Origin: a virus
Virus record (IMG/VR): IMGVR_UViG_3300043496_000175
Location: 32,001 to 96,000 of that record
Strand: one strand, 5' to 3'
Length of the DNA stretch: 64,000 bases
Below are positions 28,256-38,423 of the stretch, one piece after another (the first letter of the stretch is position 1; each line of letters starts with the position of its first letter). The notes beneath the pieces were generated by a model. The model made no database searches. It was not told the origin of the DNA and was given only the letters and a program-made list of their open reading frames with translations. The translations under genes and the position numbers were made by a program.

Positions 28256-29116
28256 GTGGCCTCAGAGCCGCGCAAGCTCAATCACTCCCTTTCCGTACTG
28301 GTGTACGGAGAGAGCAAGGCGGGCAAAAGTCTGCTCGCCATCAGCGGCATGGCACCGCGCCTGTTGCTGGACTGCGAATCGGCGGCGCAGTTCCTCCCGA
28401 TCAACGCCATCGTCTGGGATCCCATCGGCCCGCCACCGGTGCACGATGGCACCTGGGACACCGCTGTCGTTCAGGTGACCAAGTTCGACCAGGCTGCCAA
28501 GGCCATCGACTGGCTACACCGGCAGCCACATCCCTTCAAGTCCATCTCCGTGGATTCCATCTCCGAGCTGCAGTACAAGTTCGTGGAGGCCAAGGGCGCA
28601 AAGATGGACTGGGATGGCTGGGGAGAGATCCTCCGGCTGCTCCGCAGCTTCTGCAACCGGCTGCGGGACATGACCCAGCACCCCACGTTCCCGGTGAACT
28701 CCGTGGTCGTCACCTCCATGGCCCGCAAGGACGCCAAGGACGGTATCTGGCGGCCATGGCTGCAGGGACAGATGGGCAACGTCCTTCCCTACCTGTTCGA
28801 CATCAACGGCTTCCTGGAGAAGAAGCAGATCGTCCAGGGCAACAACGCAGTACTGGTCAGGCACCTGCACACCGAAGAGACCTATCCCAAGACCTTCGTG
28901 GCAGGCGGCCGGATCTCCGGCCGGATCGCTTCACCGTTCGAGCTGAAAGTCGTGACCGGTGAGTCCATCGCGGAGATCAGCAAGAACAACACCACCGTGC
29001 GGCAGATGATCCACGCCGCATTCGCTATGAGGCTGGACACCATGTCCAAGCCTGTACCCGTCCCCGTCGCCGTCGGTGCGCCGGAGATTCAACCCGAGAA
29101 GGAGAGCACCAAATGA
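28256..29116 (+). CDS. AAA_24/Sak4-like ATPase
   Basis: Walker A YGESKAGKS, ISVDS; next to exonuclease and SSB-like gene. Confidence 0.8.
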   Translation: MASEPRKLNHSLSVLVYGESKAGKSLLAISGMAPRLLLDCESAAQFLPINAIVWDPIGPPPVHDGTWDTAVVQVTKFDQAAKAIDWLHRQPHPFKSISVDSISELQYKFVEAKGAKMDWDGWGEILRLLRSFCNRLRDMTQHPTFPVNSVVVTSMARKDAKDGIWRPWLQGQMGNVLPYLFDINGFLEKKQIVQGNNAVLVRHLHTEETYPKTFVAGGRISGRIASPFELKVVTGESIAEISKNNTTVRQMIHAAFAMRLDTMSKPVPVPVAVGAPEIQPEKESTK

Positions 29117-29703
29117 GCTACGACGACGAAGAGGACTTCGACCTCGCTGACGAACTGGCTGGGATGGACGACATCGCCACCGGCAGCAAGCTGCTGCCTG
29201 AGGAGGAGTACGTCTGGTCCGTGGTCGATGCCAAGTACAAGAAGGCGAAGACCGGGACCCAGGGCATCAACGTCACCCTGGAGATCGCGGATGGCCCGTA
29301 CCGGGGCTCGCGGGTCTTCGATGACATCTGGTACTCGGAGAAGGCCGTCACCATGTTCTGGGGCCGGATGAAGAAGTTCGGCATCACCAGCGAGTGGGCA
29401 CGGGAAACCGGCAACACCAAGCTCTCTCGCATGGCAGAGCTGATCAAGGGCACCACGATCGTGGCCTCGATCAAGCACGACGACTACAACGGCGATGAGC
29501 GGGCGAAGATCAACCGTTACATCAAGCTGATCGGTGAGAATCAGAACCTGGCCGGTGCTGCTTCCGGAGCGGTCACCGGCGTAGTCGCGCCTCCGGCCGC
29601 TGCCACCCTCCCGGACCTCCCCGAGGAACCGGCTGAGCAGATTCCGGTCGCGGCCGGTGCGATCTCCACGGACGATCCGTGGGGCGCAGCGGACGATTCC
29701 TGA
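29113..29703 (+). CDS. DUF669-like ssDNA-binding protein
   Basis: LLPEEEY..KTG..LEIADGPYRG.RVFD; acidic tail ending DDPW. Confidence 0.7.
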   Translation: MSYDDEEDFDLADELAGMDDIATGSKLLPEEEYVWSVVDAKYKKAKTGTQGINVTLEIADGPYRGSRVFDDIWYSEKAVTMFWGRMKKFGITSEWARETGNTKLSRMAELIKGTTIVASIKHDDYNGDERAKINRYIKLIGENQNLAGAASGAVTGVVAPPAAATLPDLPEEPAEQIPVAAGAISTDDPWGAADDS

Positions 29704-29712
29704 TCCACCTCT

Positions 29713-29746
29713 GATGCCGGGTTCGGGTCTTCCCGGGCCCGGCATC
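29713..29746 (+). terminator. intergenic stem-loop
   Basis: gatgccgggttcggg-tctt-cccgggcccggcatc; no U tract. Confidence 0.55.
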
Positions 29747-29768
29747 GCTGTACCTACCAAAGGACACC

Positions 29769-31571
29769 ATGAACGCACCCACAGGTAAGGCCCGCGTCCT
29801 TACCAACCCGAGCAAGGTCGCTGACTTCTGGGACTGGCTCACACACCGCCCCCAAGGTTATGTCGCCTGCGACATCGAGTCGGGTTCCGATCCGGCAGGA
29901 TCTGAGCTGGACATCTTCAAGCCTGGGTTCCACGTCCGGATGATGCAGTTCGGTGATGCTGACGGCGGCTGGGCCATCCCGTTCCAGGAGTGGAAGGGCC
30001 TGGTCCGGGGTGCGTTCGACTGGATCTCGGAATCCCGCACTCAGCACGTCTGGCACAACGGCTTCGGGTTCGACGCTCAGGCGCTCCGCCAAGAGGGCAT
30101 CATCATTGATCCCTCGATCATGCAGGACACCCAGATCTGGGCCGGTCTGGGTGGATTCGCCGGTGAGAGCCGTGGCCTGAAGCAGTTGGCGCGCAAGGAA
30201 CTTGGCGACTTCGGAGCCAAGACCGCCATCGGTGCGGACAGGCTGCACAACGGCATGAAGCAAGCCGGGTGGACGTGGACCACTGTCCCCATGGGGTGGA
30301 AGCCCTACCCGCTGTACGGCGTCATGGACACCATGGCCACCGCCCGGCTGTATGAGAAGTGGGAGCCCTGGCGCAAGCAGTTCGCCTACCACCACGACAT
30401 GGAGATCGCCGTTTCGGTGATCACCAACCAGATGGCCCGGACCGGGATGGTGGTGGATGGTGAGTACATCGCCATCAAGGTCGATGAGCTGATGGAGGAG
30501 GAAGCCGAACTCGAAGCACAGTGCAACGCCGCTGGCTGGGGCAATCCCTCCAACCGGGCGGACGCGCTGCGGGTCCTCAAGGCTGCCGGGGTGCTGGACG
30601 AGACCAGACTGACTGATGGCGGCCAGGTCTCGATCGACAAGAAGCAGCTCCGCAACGTGGACCATCCGCTGGCTCGGCTCCGGCTGCAGTACATGAAGGT
30701 TCAACGGATGCGGAAGGACTACCTGGAAAAGCTCCTGCACATGATCGGCGGGGAGATGTCACCGCAGGTGATCCACCCCTCGATCTGGAGCATGGCCGCC
30801 AAGACCGGCCGCATGTCGGTGTCGAACCCGCCACTGCAGCAGCTCCCGGCTGGGGACACCACCGCACGGCGAGCGTTCCTTCCGGACAATCCGGATCATG
30901 TTCTCATCGGAGCAGATTTCGGACAAATAGAGATGAGGGCGTGGGCCATCCTCAACAATGACCCCATCCTCAAGCAGATGTTCAACCAGGCTGACGAGAC
31001 CGGGGATGACTTCTTCGTCCTGATGGGGCGAGACCTCTACGGGGAACCTGACTTTCAGAAGTCCGACCCACGCCGTTCCCCGATCAAGAACACCTCCTAC
31101 GCCACCATCTTCGCCGGGGGTATCAAGACCATCTCGGAGACCGCGAACCTACCGGAGTCTCAGGTGGAGCCGGTGCTGAACGCCCTCAAGAAGCGGTACC
31201 CCAGCTTCAAGGATCAGGGCGCTTCCATGGTGCACAAGAAGGACGGTGCCTATGAGATCTGGACGCCGAACGGACGTCGGTTCAAAGTGCGTGATCCCAA
31301 GGATGCTCGTGTGCTGCCGAACTGGGCCACGCAGGGTTGGGCCGCAACGATTCTCAAGGAGTCCGCATTGGGTTGCAAGGCAGCAGGACTAGGGGACAAC
31401 CTCCGTCTGGCCGTACACGACGAGCTGATCCTGTCTGTGCCACGCAGAGAGGCCAAGGACGCAGCGCACGAGATGGAAGAGATCATGAACGCGCAGATCG
31501 ATCCCGAGGAACACGGGGTCAGGATCTACGCCAAGGCCAACATCGGATCTAGCTGGGCGGAGCTGAAGTGA
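29769..31571 (+). CDS. DNA polymerase I (family A) with 3'-5' exonuclease
   Basis: CDIES exo I, TGRMS, ADFGQIEMR, K...Y motif B, VHDELI. Confidence 0.95.
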   Translation: MNAPTGKARVLTNPSKVADFWDWLTHRPQGYVACDIESGSDPAGSELDIFKPGFHVRMMQFGDADGGWAIPFQEWKGLVRGAFDWISESRTQHVWHNGFGFDAQALRQEGIIIDPSIMQDTQIWAGLGGFAGESRGLKQLARKELGDFGAKTAIGADRLHNGMKQAGWTWTTVPMGWKPYPLYGVMDTMATARLYEKWEPWRKQFAYHHDMEIAVSVITNQMARTGMVVDGEYIAIKVDELMEEEAELEAQCNAAGWGNPSNRADALRVLKAAGVLDETRLTDGGQVSIDKKQLRNVDHPLARLRLQYMKVQRMRKDYLEKLLHMIGGEMSPQVIHPSIWSMAAKTGRMSVSNPPLQQLPAGDTTARRAFLPDNPDHVLIGADFGQIEMRAWAILNNDPILKQMFNQADETGDDFFVLMGRDLYGEPDFQKSDPRRSPIKNTSYATIFAGGIKTISETANLPESQVEPVLNALKKRYPSFKDQGASMVHKKDGAYEIWTPNGRRFKVRDPKDARVLPNWATQGWAATILKESALGCKAAGLGDNLRLAVHDELILSVPRREAKDAAHEMEEIMNAQIDPEEHGVRIYAKANIGSSWAELK

Positions 31572-32023
31572 GCAAGTTGATAGCTGTTACCGGGTACAAG
31601 AACTCGGGCAAGAACGCGGTGTGTGATGTCCTCCGGGACACCTACGGGTTCGAGGTCACTGGCATGGCTGATGCACTCAAGGAGCGATTTCCAGAGATCC
31701 GGCGGCTCCTGCAGAAGGCTGGCACCGAGGGCGGGCGTGACATCTTCGGTCAGGAGATCTGGCCCAAGACCTGGTACAAAAGCGCAAAGGTCTTGCTGGA
31801 GCAGGGCTATGACGTCTGCGTCTCCGACCTCCGGTTCCTGAACGAGGCTGCGTTTGTGCGAGAACTCGGTGGAGAGGTGTGGCGGGTGTACCGGCCAGGC
31901 ACCGACGTCGGAGACAAGCACAAGAGCGAGACCGAGTTGGATTCCATCACGCCAGACCGGGTGATCCAGAACAACGGAAGTCTGGCTGATCTGCACGGAC
32001 TGGTTGTAGGGGCGATGCTATGA
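31568..32023 (+). CDS. deoxynucleoside monophosphate kinase
   Basis: GYKNSGK, RRLLQKAGTE, SDLRFLNEA, HKSE. Confidence 0.85.
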   Translation: MSKLIAVTGYKNSGKNAVCDVLRDTYGFEVTGMADALKERFPEIRRLLQKAGTEGGRDIFGQEIWPKTWYKSAKVLLEQGYDVCVSDLRFLNEAAFVRELGGEVWRVYRPGTDVGDKHKSETELDSITPDRVIQNNGSLADLHGLVVGAML

Positions 32024-32499
32024 AGGTTCTCGCGGTAGACCCTGGAGGCACCAGCAAGACTACCCGTGGCACCCGGCCGCAGGGCGTGAACGGAGCCACC
32101 GGAGCGGTGCTGTTCGAGCCGATCTCCAAGCTGGAGATCCGTGTGCTGGAGTGGCGAGAGACCGTGGAACGCATGGAGTTCCTGGACTGGGCAGCAGCCT
32201 TGAGACTCTACGGAGGCGTAGAGTACTGTATCTGCGAAGCGTATAAACCGGCCTCGTTCGTCAAGACCTGGGAGCCGGATGTCATCTACATTATCGGCAG
32301 CCTGGAACTGATCTTCCGGCCGGAGCGGTTCTTCAACCACACCTTCGCCGGGGCCGCCAAGGCGTGGGGGACACCGGATAAGCTCCGTCCCTACCGTCTC
32401 GGGGACAACCCGGTCGGCAAGGGTGGCGGCGGGCACGCGCTCATGGCTCTGAGCCACGCACTGCACTGGACAGCCAACCACTGGAACGGGAAGTCATGA
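32020..32499 (+). CDS. RuvC-like resolvase
   Basis: VLAVDPG, ICE, HALMALSHA. Confidence 0.7.
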   Translation: MKVLAVDPGGTSKTTRGTRPQGVNGATGAVLFEPISKLEIRVLEWRETVERMEFLDWAAALRLYGGVEYCICEAYKPASFVKTWEPDVIYIIGSLELIFRPERFFNHTFAGAAKAWGTPDKLRPYRLGDNPVGKGGGGHALMALSHALHWTANHWNGKS

Positions 32500-34562
32500 C
32501 ACAGTTGGAACTCTTGTTTCTCCCGGAGAGCGTGGGAGACCGACGCAACGCCGGACGCTTGGCTGTTTGCCACCCTCCCACTTTCCTGGACCGCATCAAG
32601 GCGATCCCAGGGTTCCGGTGGAGCACGCTGGGCAAGGTCAGCACCCTTCCGCGTGGCTGGCCGTCCGTGCTGGCGCTGGGGACCGTTTCACAGACCACCG
32701 GCGTCCCATTGGCTCCTGATGCAGAGGTCAAGGCCTGGTACAAGAAATCCGCTGAAGAGTGGAAGACGCTGCGGAAACTATCCGCAACGCTGGGGGTCGG
32801 GGAGAAGGCTGAGGGCCTGAGCTACTACCCGCACCAGGTGGCCGGTTCACAGTGGTTGTTGGCTGACACCGAGATGCGCGGCCGGATCCTGCTGGACGAA
32901 ACTGGGATCGGCAAAACGGGTACGTTCATCGCCGCCGTGCAGCAAGGACAGCTCCACAAGGAGGGTCCGATCTTGGTGGTCTGCCCGGAGTCGGTGATCA
33001 CGACCGGTTGGTTACGGACACTGCAGACTTTCGGACCGGAGCTGCGTTTCATCAAGATCACCGGCAACGCTACTCAGAGGAGCAAGAAGCTCGCTCAGGT
33101 GCGCGCAGGTGAGTTCGACGTCGCCATCCTGGGGTACTCGAACCTACGCACGTCCAGTCGCTTCGAGGCAGCTCCCGGCAAGTCGCTCCGGCGTTGCATC
33201 GCCTGCGGTGGGCCACGACTTACGTCCGGCTTGACTGATGAGAACGGCAAGCCGATCCCAGACATCGAGCCGGGCCATGAGCTGCACCTCAGCGAGGAGG
33301 GCTCCCAGGTGGTCTGCGACGACACGCTTTGTGACTACGTGGGAACCCTGTTCACAGGAGAAGATGCAGACAAGAAAGCTCTCGCGGAAGGTGAGGCGCA
33401 CACCAAGGAGACCAAGGGCCGCACCATCCGGGAGGTCACCGAAGCGCAGTGCCAGGTCCATATGAAGGATCTGAACACCATCGGCTGGTCGGTGATCATC
33501 GCGGACGAGGCGCACCGCGCGCTCAACCACGAGTCCCAGACCGCTCAGGCTCTCAACGGTGTCGGCAAGTACGCCCCTGGCGAGCCCCGCCGGTGGGCGG
33601 CCACCGGCACCCCGATCTCCAAACAGATCGACCAGGCGTGGGTGCTACTGCACTTCGCAGACCCCGTCTCCTGGCCGAACGGATCCCGCAGCAAGTGGGT
33701 GGACTGGTACTGCAACGCTGGCTACAACTGGGCCGGGTTCTGGGAAGTCTTCGGCTGGAAGGAGGAGCGGAAAGACGAGTTCCAGGCCACCTACACCGGC
33801 ATCACGCGGCGGGTGCTCAAGGAGCAGGTGCTCAAGGATCTGCCGCCCAAGCTGCGTGGTGGGTCTCTGGAAGAGCACCTGACCATGGGTGGTGAGCAGT
33901 TGCGGGTTTACAACGAGATGCGCGATGAAATGCTCGCTTTGGTGGACGAGGGTGCCATCACCGCCAAGGATGTCCTGGTGCAGGCCGGTCGGCTGTCCCT
34001 GCTGGCATCCGGTACCGGCTACCCCATCTCCGACACCGAAATCGGGATAAAGCCACCCAGCGTCAAGCTGGAGCGGCTGATCGAGATGTGGAAGGACGGG
34101 GAGTGGAAGGGTGAGCAGGTCGCCTTCCTGTTCACCTCCCGTAAGGCGCTGCGGATGGTGGAGGAGCGGATCTATGCAGAAGGCCTGGCCACTCCGATGG
34201 ACCTGGCGCTCATCTGTGGCGGGATCCCACAGAAGACCCGAGACCTGGACATCGAGGACTTCCAGTCCGGCAAGCGGAAGACCGTGCTGCTGACCTACGC
34301 GGCAGGCGGAACCGGCATCACCTTGACGGCAGCTTCTACCGTGATCGTGTTCGAGCGGAACTGGTCATCGATTCTCAACGTCCAGGGTGAAGATCGGTTC
34401 CACCGCATCGGTTCCGAGCGGCACGCTGCCATCACCTACCGAGACCTGGTGGTGGCCAACAGCAATGAGATCGCTCAACTGGCGCGGCTTGATGAGAAGG
34501 CTGAGGCGCTGGAATCAATCGTCCATGACCGGGACAAGCTCCGGGCCCTATTCGGTGGGTAG
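32496..34562 (+). CDS. SNF2-like DNA helicase
   Basis: DETGIGKT, DEAH, TGTP, QGEDRFHRIG. Confidence 0.9.
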   Translation: MTQLELLFLPESVGDRRNAGRLAVCHPPTFLDRIKAIPGFRWSTLGKVSTLPRGWPSVLALGTVSQTTGVPLAPDAEVKAWYKKSAEEWKTLRKLSATLGVGEKAEGLSYYPHQVAGSQWLLADTEMRGRILLDETGIGKTGTFIAAVQQGQLHKEGPILVVCPESVITTGWLRTLQTFGPELRFIKITGNATQRSKKLAQVRAGEFDVAILGYSNLRTSSRFEAAPGKSLRRCIACGGPRLTSGLTDENGKPIPDIEPGHELHLSEEGSQVVCDDTLCDYVGTLFTGEDADKKALAEGEAHTKETKGRTIREVTEAQCQVHMKDLNTIGWSVIIADEAHRALNHESQTAQALNGVGKYAPGEPRRWAATGTPISKQIDQAWVLLHFADPVSWPNGSRSKWVDWYCNAGYNWAGFWEVFGWKEERKDEFQATYTGITRRVLKEQVLKDLPPKLRGGSLEEHLTMGGEQLRVYNEMRDEMLALVDEGAITAKDVLVQAGRLSLLASGTGYPISDTEIGIKPPSVKLERLIEMWKDGEWKGEQVAFLFTSRKALRMVEERIYAEGLATPMDLALICGGIPQKTRDLDIEDFQSGKRKTVLLTYAAGGTGITLTAASTVIVFERNWSSILNVQGEDRFHRIGSERHAAITYRDLVVANSNEIAQLARLDEKAEALESIVHDRDKLRALFGG

Positions 34563-34572
34563 TATCTTTCCC

Positions 34573-34902
34573 ATGCCTCAACGACGCCGCGTCCTGGCCG
34601 AGCCCGACGCCCAGGTGGCTATTCAGCTCAAGTCCAACCCTGGGCAGTGGTACGCCATCTCATCCAGGCAGAAGGATCAGAAACATACCCTCAGTCAGGT
34701 GGCGTACCGGATCCGGAAAGGACAACAGTCAGCGTTCCGTTGCAACGCAGGGGTTTTCGAGACCACTGTGGTGACAGACGAAACGCGGACTGATCCGGTA
34801 GAGCTGTTGGCTAGGTACGTACCCGCCGAACGAGATTCAGAACCGGCTTCACCTGAGTCTTCGGTGGCTGCGTCAGTTGCGCCCGCATCGACGGGTGCCT
34901 GA
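34573..34902 (+). CDS. hypothetical protein
   Basis: LKSNPGQWY motif; TAGTAT 7 nt upstream of ATG. Confidence 0.55.
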   Translation: MPQRRRVLAEPDAQVAIQLKSNPGQWYAISSRQKDQKHTLSQVAYRIRKGQQSAFRCNAGVFETTVVTDETRTDPVELLARYVPAERDSEPASPESSVAASVAPASTGA

Positions 34903-35161
34903 GCACTGAGCCGGTCAGTTCCGGGTTGGCCACCATGTCCCGGGCCAGGTTCTTCGGGACATGGTGGACGGCCAAGTGGCGGTCCAGGGTGGATTTCACG
35001 GTTGAGTCCAGGTACTCCCGGGACATCGCTGACACCGGCTGAAGTTTGGTTCGTTCCTCCACCCGTTCCATTTGCCGGGAAGCCGCTTCGCTGGCCTCCT
35101 GCAACGTCATGCCGTACTCGTCCTGCAGTTGGTTGGCGACGTACGCCTCAAGTTCGCTCAT
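34811..35161 (-). CDS. hypothetical protein
   Basis: TATACT 6 nt upstream of ATG; 3' overlap with convergent gene. Confidence 0.5.
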   Translation of the reverse strand: MSELEAYVANQLQDEYGMTLQEASEAASRQMERVEERTKLQPVSAMSREYLDSTVKSTLDRHLAVHHVPKNLARDMVANPELTGSVLRHPSMRAQLTQPPKTQVKPVLNLVRRVRT

Positions 35162-35182
35162 GAGGAAAGTATAGTCGTCTGG

Positions 35183-37855
35183 TCAACTACGAGGGCGGGT
35201 AATACTGATCGTGGTGCCTCGTTCTGGGCCAGTAGTAAGACGAACTGGAATCCTATGGATGATCTCTTGGTTTCCGGCCGGAACAACATCCAGGACAGCC
35301 GTCCCCTCACCAGAGGCAGAGACCGAGCGGGTCACCACCAAGTGAGGGGCTACCGTCCCTACCAAGGTGCCGGAACCGGATGCCGTGATGCTGAGACGGT
35401 TACCCGGAGCCACCGTCACTGTGGCGGTACCAGACCCTGATGCAGCTAGAGCATCAGCGTGGGCATGCTTGAACAGCAGCGTGATACCACCGGTACCAGT
35501 ACCTGACGCCGTTGCGGAGATGCTGTGCCCTGGCCTGATATTGGTGATGGATGCTGTACCGGAACCAGACGCGGTGGCGGTGGCAAGCTGTACCTGTCCA
35601 GCCGTCACAACGGTGGTGCCATCACCGGACGCGGCTACGGTGAGGGCGGTAGCACTTCTAGTTGCGGTAACCGAGGCCGTTCCGGTGCCGGAAGCAGTAA
35701 CGGTCACCATCTGAGAAGGCACCGACGTCACCACGCTGGTACCGGAACCGGATGCGGAGATGTTCAATCGCTGGCCAGGCACCACTGTTGCTACCGATGT
35801 ACCGGAGCCGGATGCAGCAACCGAGACCGGCATGGTCCAGGTCATGGTCATGGAAACCCGTTCGATCCAGGTAGTGGTTCCTGAGTCGTAGGCCATGCCG
35901 TTGTAGTCGATCGTCAGCGTGCCACCGGCATCGGTGACGTCATACCAGCCGTACTGCCGGGCGGATCCAGAGCTGGTGGGCCACTTCCCGTCTGAGACAG
36001 TTTGCCCGTAGGTGTTGGCCGTGGTGCTCATCGGCGCATTGCCGGTGGTGGGGAACCCGCCCCAAGAGTTGTTGGCCCCACTGTCCGCGAACAGGGTGTG
36101 GATGTCGCCGCCAGCTCGCACGATGTGATCAGACACCCACGGTTTACCGGCAATGTAGGTACCGAGTTCAGTTCGCTCCGTGGAGTACGCCGTCCAGGTG
36201 CTGTTCGTTCCGCCAGTGGCTGCCGCACCGAGCCAGCCGCCGTCTCCCAGCCACACCACGGCCTGCTGCGCTGCTTCAGCGGCATCGATCTCCGCTTTGA
36301 ACCAGGCCTTCTGAGCTGTCCCTAGTTTGCTCTTAGAGGAGTTGTCCGTAGCTCCCCGGGCTGATGCCATGGTCAGCTCATCAGTCTGGATGAACCGAAC
36401 CCGTCCCACTACCCAGGAACGGGCCTGGGTGTCCGCCAACGGCAGCGTCGGATTCGGGAATTGGGCACGGTACGCGGCCTGCACATTGCCGCCGGTAAAC
36501 CCTACCCAAGTGCCGTCAGAGTTCGAGCCCGCCCCGTCACAATCGGAGTAGGTGTGGTGAATCGGGATCTCCCGGTACAGCCGCATGGGTAGCGGTCCGG
36601 TGATGGTGAGTTCCCGGTCAGCTACCAACGTGGCCGTGTTCGCCGGGGCGATAGGAGTGCCGCCAGAACCGATGTACGGATACCCCATATCACCGAGATG
36701 GGAACCGAACAGTGCCGTGAGACTACCAACGCCGGTCTTGGTGCGGATGTGCTCATAGACGTTGGAGCCGATCCAGTCATGACAGGAACCCACCCAGAAC
36801 GAGAACGATGCCAAAGATCCCACTGTCGGCAGAGTCCGAGCCATCCCTTGCTTTCCCAGGTCCAGGTGTCCATCATGCTCGATCGCCCAGTAGTACTGGG
36901 TGTTCGCGGTGAGACCGGTTGCGGCGTGGTGGGTGTATCCGTAGACGTCGGGGGTTTGCGCGCTGGTGTACGAGGCACTGGACAGGTCCGAGTTAACCGA
37001 CACAGCCATCCGCGCGGTGGTACCGGTGGTTTTCGCTACCGTCGCGAAGCCGGACGAGGTTGGTGCACCCGCCATGCACAGGATCAGTCCCTGCGTGACT
37101 GTGGGGATAGCTGTACCGGAACCTGATGCGGCAACGGTGAACGCGGTGGCGGACCGGACCGCTGTGACAACAGATGTGCCTTCACCGGAAGCGGTAACGG
37201 TGGCCGGGATCGCGGAAGAAGCCTCTTGCAACGCAAGAATCGCTGACCCAGCAACGGATGTCACCGCCGCACCGGTCGCGGTGCGGGAGTAGGTTCCAGC
37301 GGCCTGCGAACCAGCGTCCTCTGTAGCCACACACGCCGACACAGCCAGGGTGGCGGTGCCACGGCTGGTACCGGAGATGGTGAAGGTGGACCCGTTGCGG
37401 TCCGCCCAGGCAGCCAGGAGCTGCCTCGTGCCAGCCGTGGTGATACTGCTGGTGGTGCGGGTACCGGAGGAGGCTACCTGCGCGAGGTATGCCGCTTCAC
37501 CGCTGACAATCGGGGTGGTGGTGTCCACTCCGGACCAGGCCTGCACCACGATCGCAGCATGTGCACCGGAGGGAGCGGTGTAGTTCCACGTCCAAGAGGA
37601 GCCCTCGGAAGCCGCGACCTTGACGTACACGTCGAGCCTGATTGACGTGGACGCACCGAGGTCGTTCCCACCGACCACCAGTGTCCAGCCTGACGGTGGG
37701 GTGACGGTGACATCGAAGTTGGCTCCCAGTGCTTGGGTTGCCAGGTAAGCCAGTAGCACATGCCCGTCCGCTGTGCCGGTGGGCTTGTTGCAGGCGAGTG
37801 AGGTGGCCGGGTTCTGAACCGTATTGCTGGCTGATGCGACGAAGGCAATACTCAC
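35183..37855 (-). CDS. PhoD-like metallophosphatase in a virion-type protein with ASGSGT repeats
   Basis: GL.ANTQYYW (FN3-like), GSCH, HLGDMGY, SDCD, GGDIH; many ASG(S/T)GT repeats. Confidence 0.75.
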   Translation of the reverse strand: MSIAFVASASNTVQNPATSLACNKPTGTADGHVLLAYLATQALGANFDVTVTPPSGWTLVVGGNDLGASTSIRLDVYVKVAASEGSSWTWNYTAPSGAHAAIVVQAWSGVDTTTPIVSGEAAYLAQVASSGTRTTSSITTAGTRQLLAAWADRNGSTFTISGTSRGTATLAVSACVATEDAGSQAAGTYSRTATGAAVTSVAGSAILALQEASSAIPATVTASGEGTSVVTAVRSATAFTVAASGSGTAIPTVTQGLILCMAGAPTSSGFATVAKTTGTTARMAVSVNSDLSSASYTSAQTPDVYGYTHHAATGLTANTQYYWAIEHDGHLDLGKQGMARTLPTVGSLASFSFWVGSCHDWIGSNVYEHIRTKTGVGSLTALFGSHLGDMGYPYIGSGGTPIAPANTATLVADRELTITGPLPMRLYREIPIHHTYSDCDGAGSNSDGTWVGFTGGNVQAAYRAQFPNPTLPLADTQARSWVVGRVRFIQTDELTMASARGATDNSSKSKLGTAQKAWFKAEIDAAEAAQQAVVWLGDGGWLGAAATGGTNSTWTAYSTERTELGTYIAGKPWVSDHIVRAGGDIHTLFADSGANNSWGGFPTTGNAPMSTTANTYGQTVSDGKWPTSSGSARQYGWYDVTDAGGTLTIDYNGMAYDSGTTTWIERVSMTMTWTMPVSVAASGSGTSVATVVPGQRLNISASGSGTSVVTSVPSQMVTVTASGTGTASVTATRSATALTVAASGDGTTVVTAGQVQLATATASGSGTASITNIRPGHSISATASGTGTGGITLLFKHAHADALAASGSGTATVTVAPGNRLSITASGSGTLVGTVAPHLVVTRSVSASGEGTAVLDVVPAGNQEIIHRIPVRLTTGPERGTTISITRPRS

Positions 37856-38004
37856 GACAGCCTCCCCCGGTCAGTGGTCACCTCTTCAACTTGGTGCCTC
37901 AACCAGTCGGGAAGGTCCTCCGGCAACTCCGCTCCTGCACGGACTACCTCGACCCAACCCTGGACGGCCCAGCTTCGTGGAGCCAGATCATCATCGGATC
38001 CCAC
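37852..38004 (-). CDS. small hypothetical protein (50 aa)
   Basis: Fills gap; GAGG-like RBS; GTGA coupling to 37855. Confidence 0.4.
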   Translation of the reverse strand: MGSDDDLAPRSWAVQGWVEVVRAGAELPEDLPDWLRHQVEEVTTDRGRLS

Positions 38005-38039
38005 AGCGATTTCCCTCCTCTCAGGGGGAGGAGGGAAGG

Positions 38040-38381
38040 TCAGGTCTGGGTGTAGGTGATGCTGACGACGGCGGTGCCGTCACCGGGGTACACGATGTCG
38101 GTGACGTCGAAGCCGTCCCGGAAGGAACCAGAGGTCAGGGCTGACCAGCCACCGACATGGGTCAAGGTGCCACCGGTGTTCACGATGTCGATCGTGGCGG
38201 TCCCGGTGATCGCAGAGGTAGCAGCGGTGCCCCAGGTGATCGCACCTCGCGCATACCCGGTGCCGGACATTTCATTCGCGCCGGTGGTGGATGGGCTGGC
38301 GGTGTGGGCCGACAGATGGGTCACCAGCGTGGAGTAGTACGTCGCCATGAGGGTGCGAGTTGCTTCAACGGAGATCGCCAT
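38040..38381 (-). CDS. small tail-fibre-associated structural protein
   Basis: LSAHTASP..GANE.SG.GYAR.AITW motif. Confidence 0.65.
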   Translation of the reverse strand: MAISVEATRTLMATYYSTLVTHLSAHTASPSTTGANEMSGTGYARGAITWGTAATSAITGTATIDIVNTGGTLTHVGGWSALTSGSFRDGFDVTDIVYPGDGTAVVSITYTQT

Positions 38382-38423
38382 TGGTCAGCCTTTCACAGGA
38401 GGTTGTCCTGTAGCTTAGACGCT

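Noticed and set aside
29769-32023. Modified-base (e.g. 2-aminoadenine) replication system
   Set aside because: No PurZ, dATPase or other base-modification gene seen in the window
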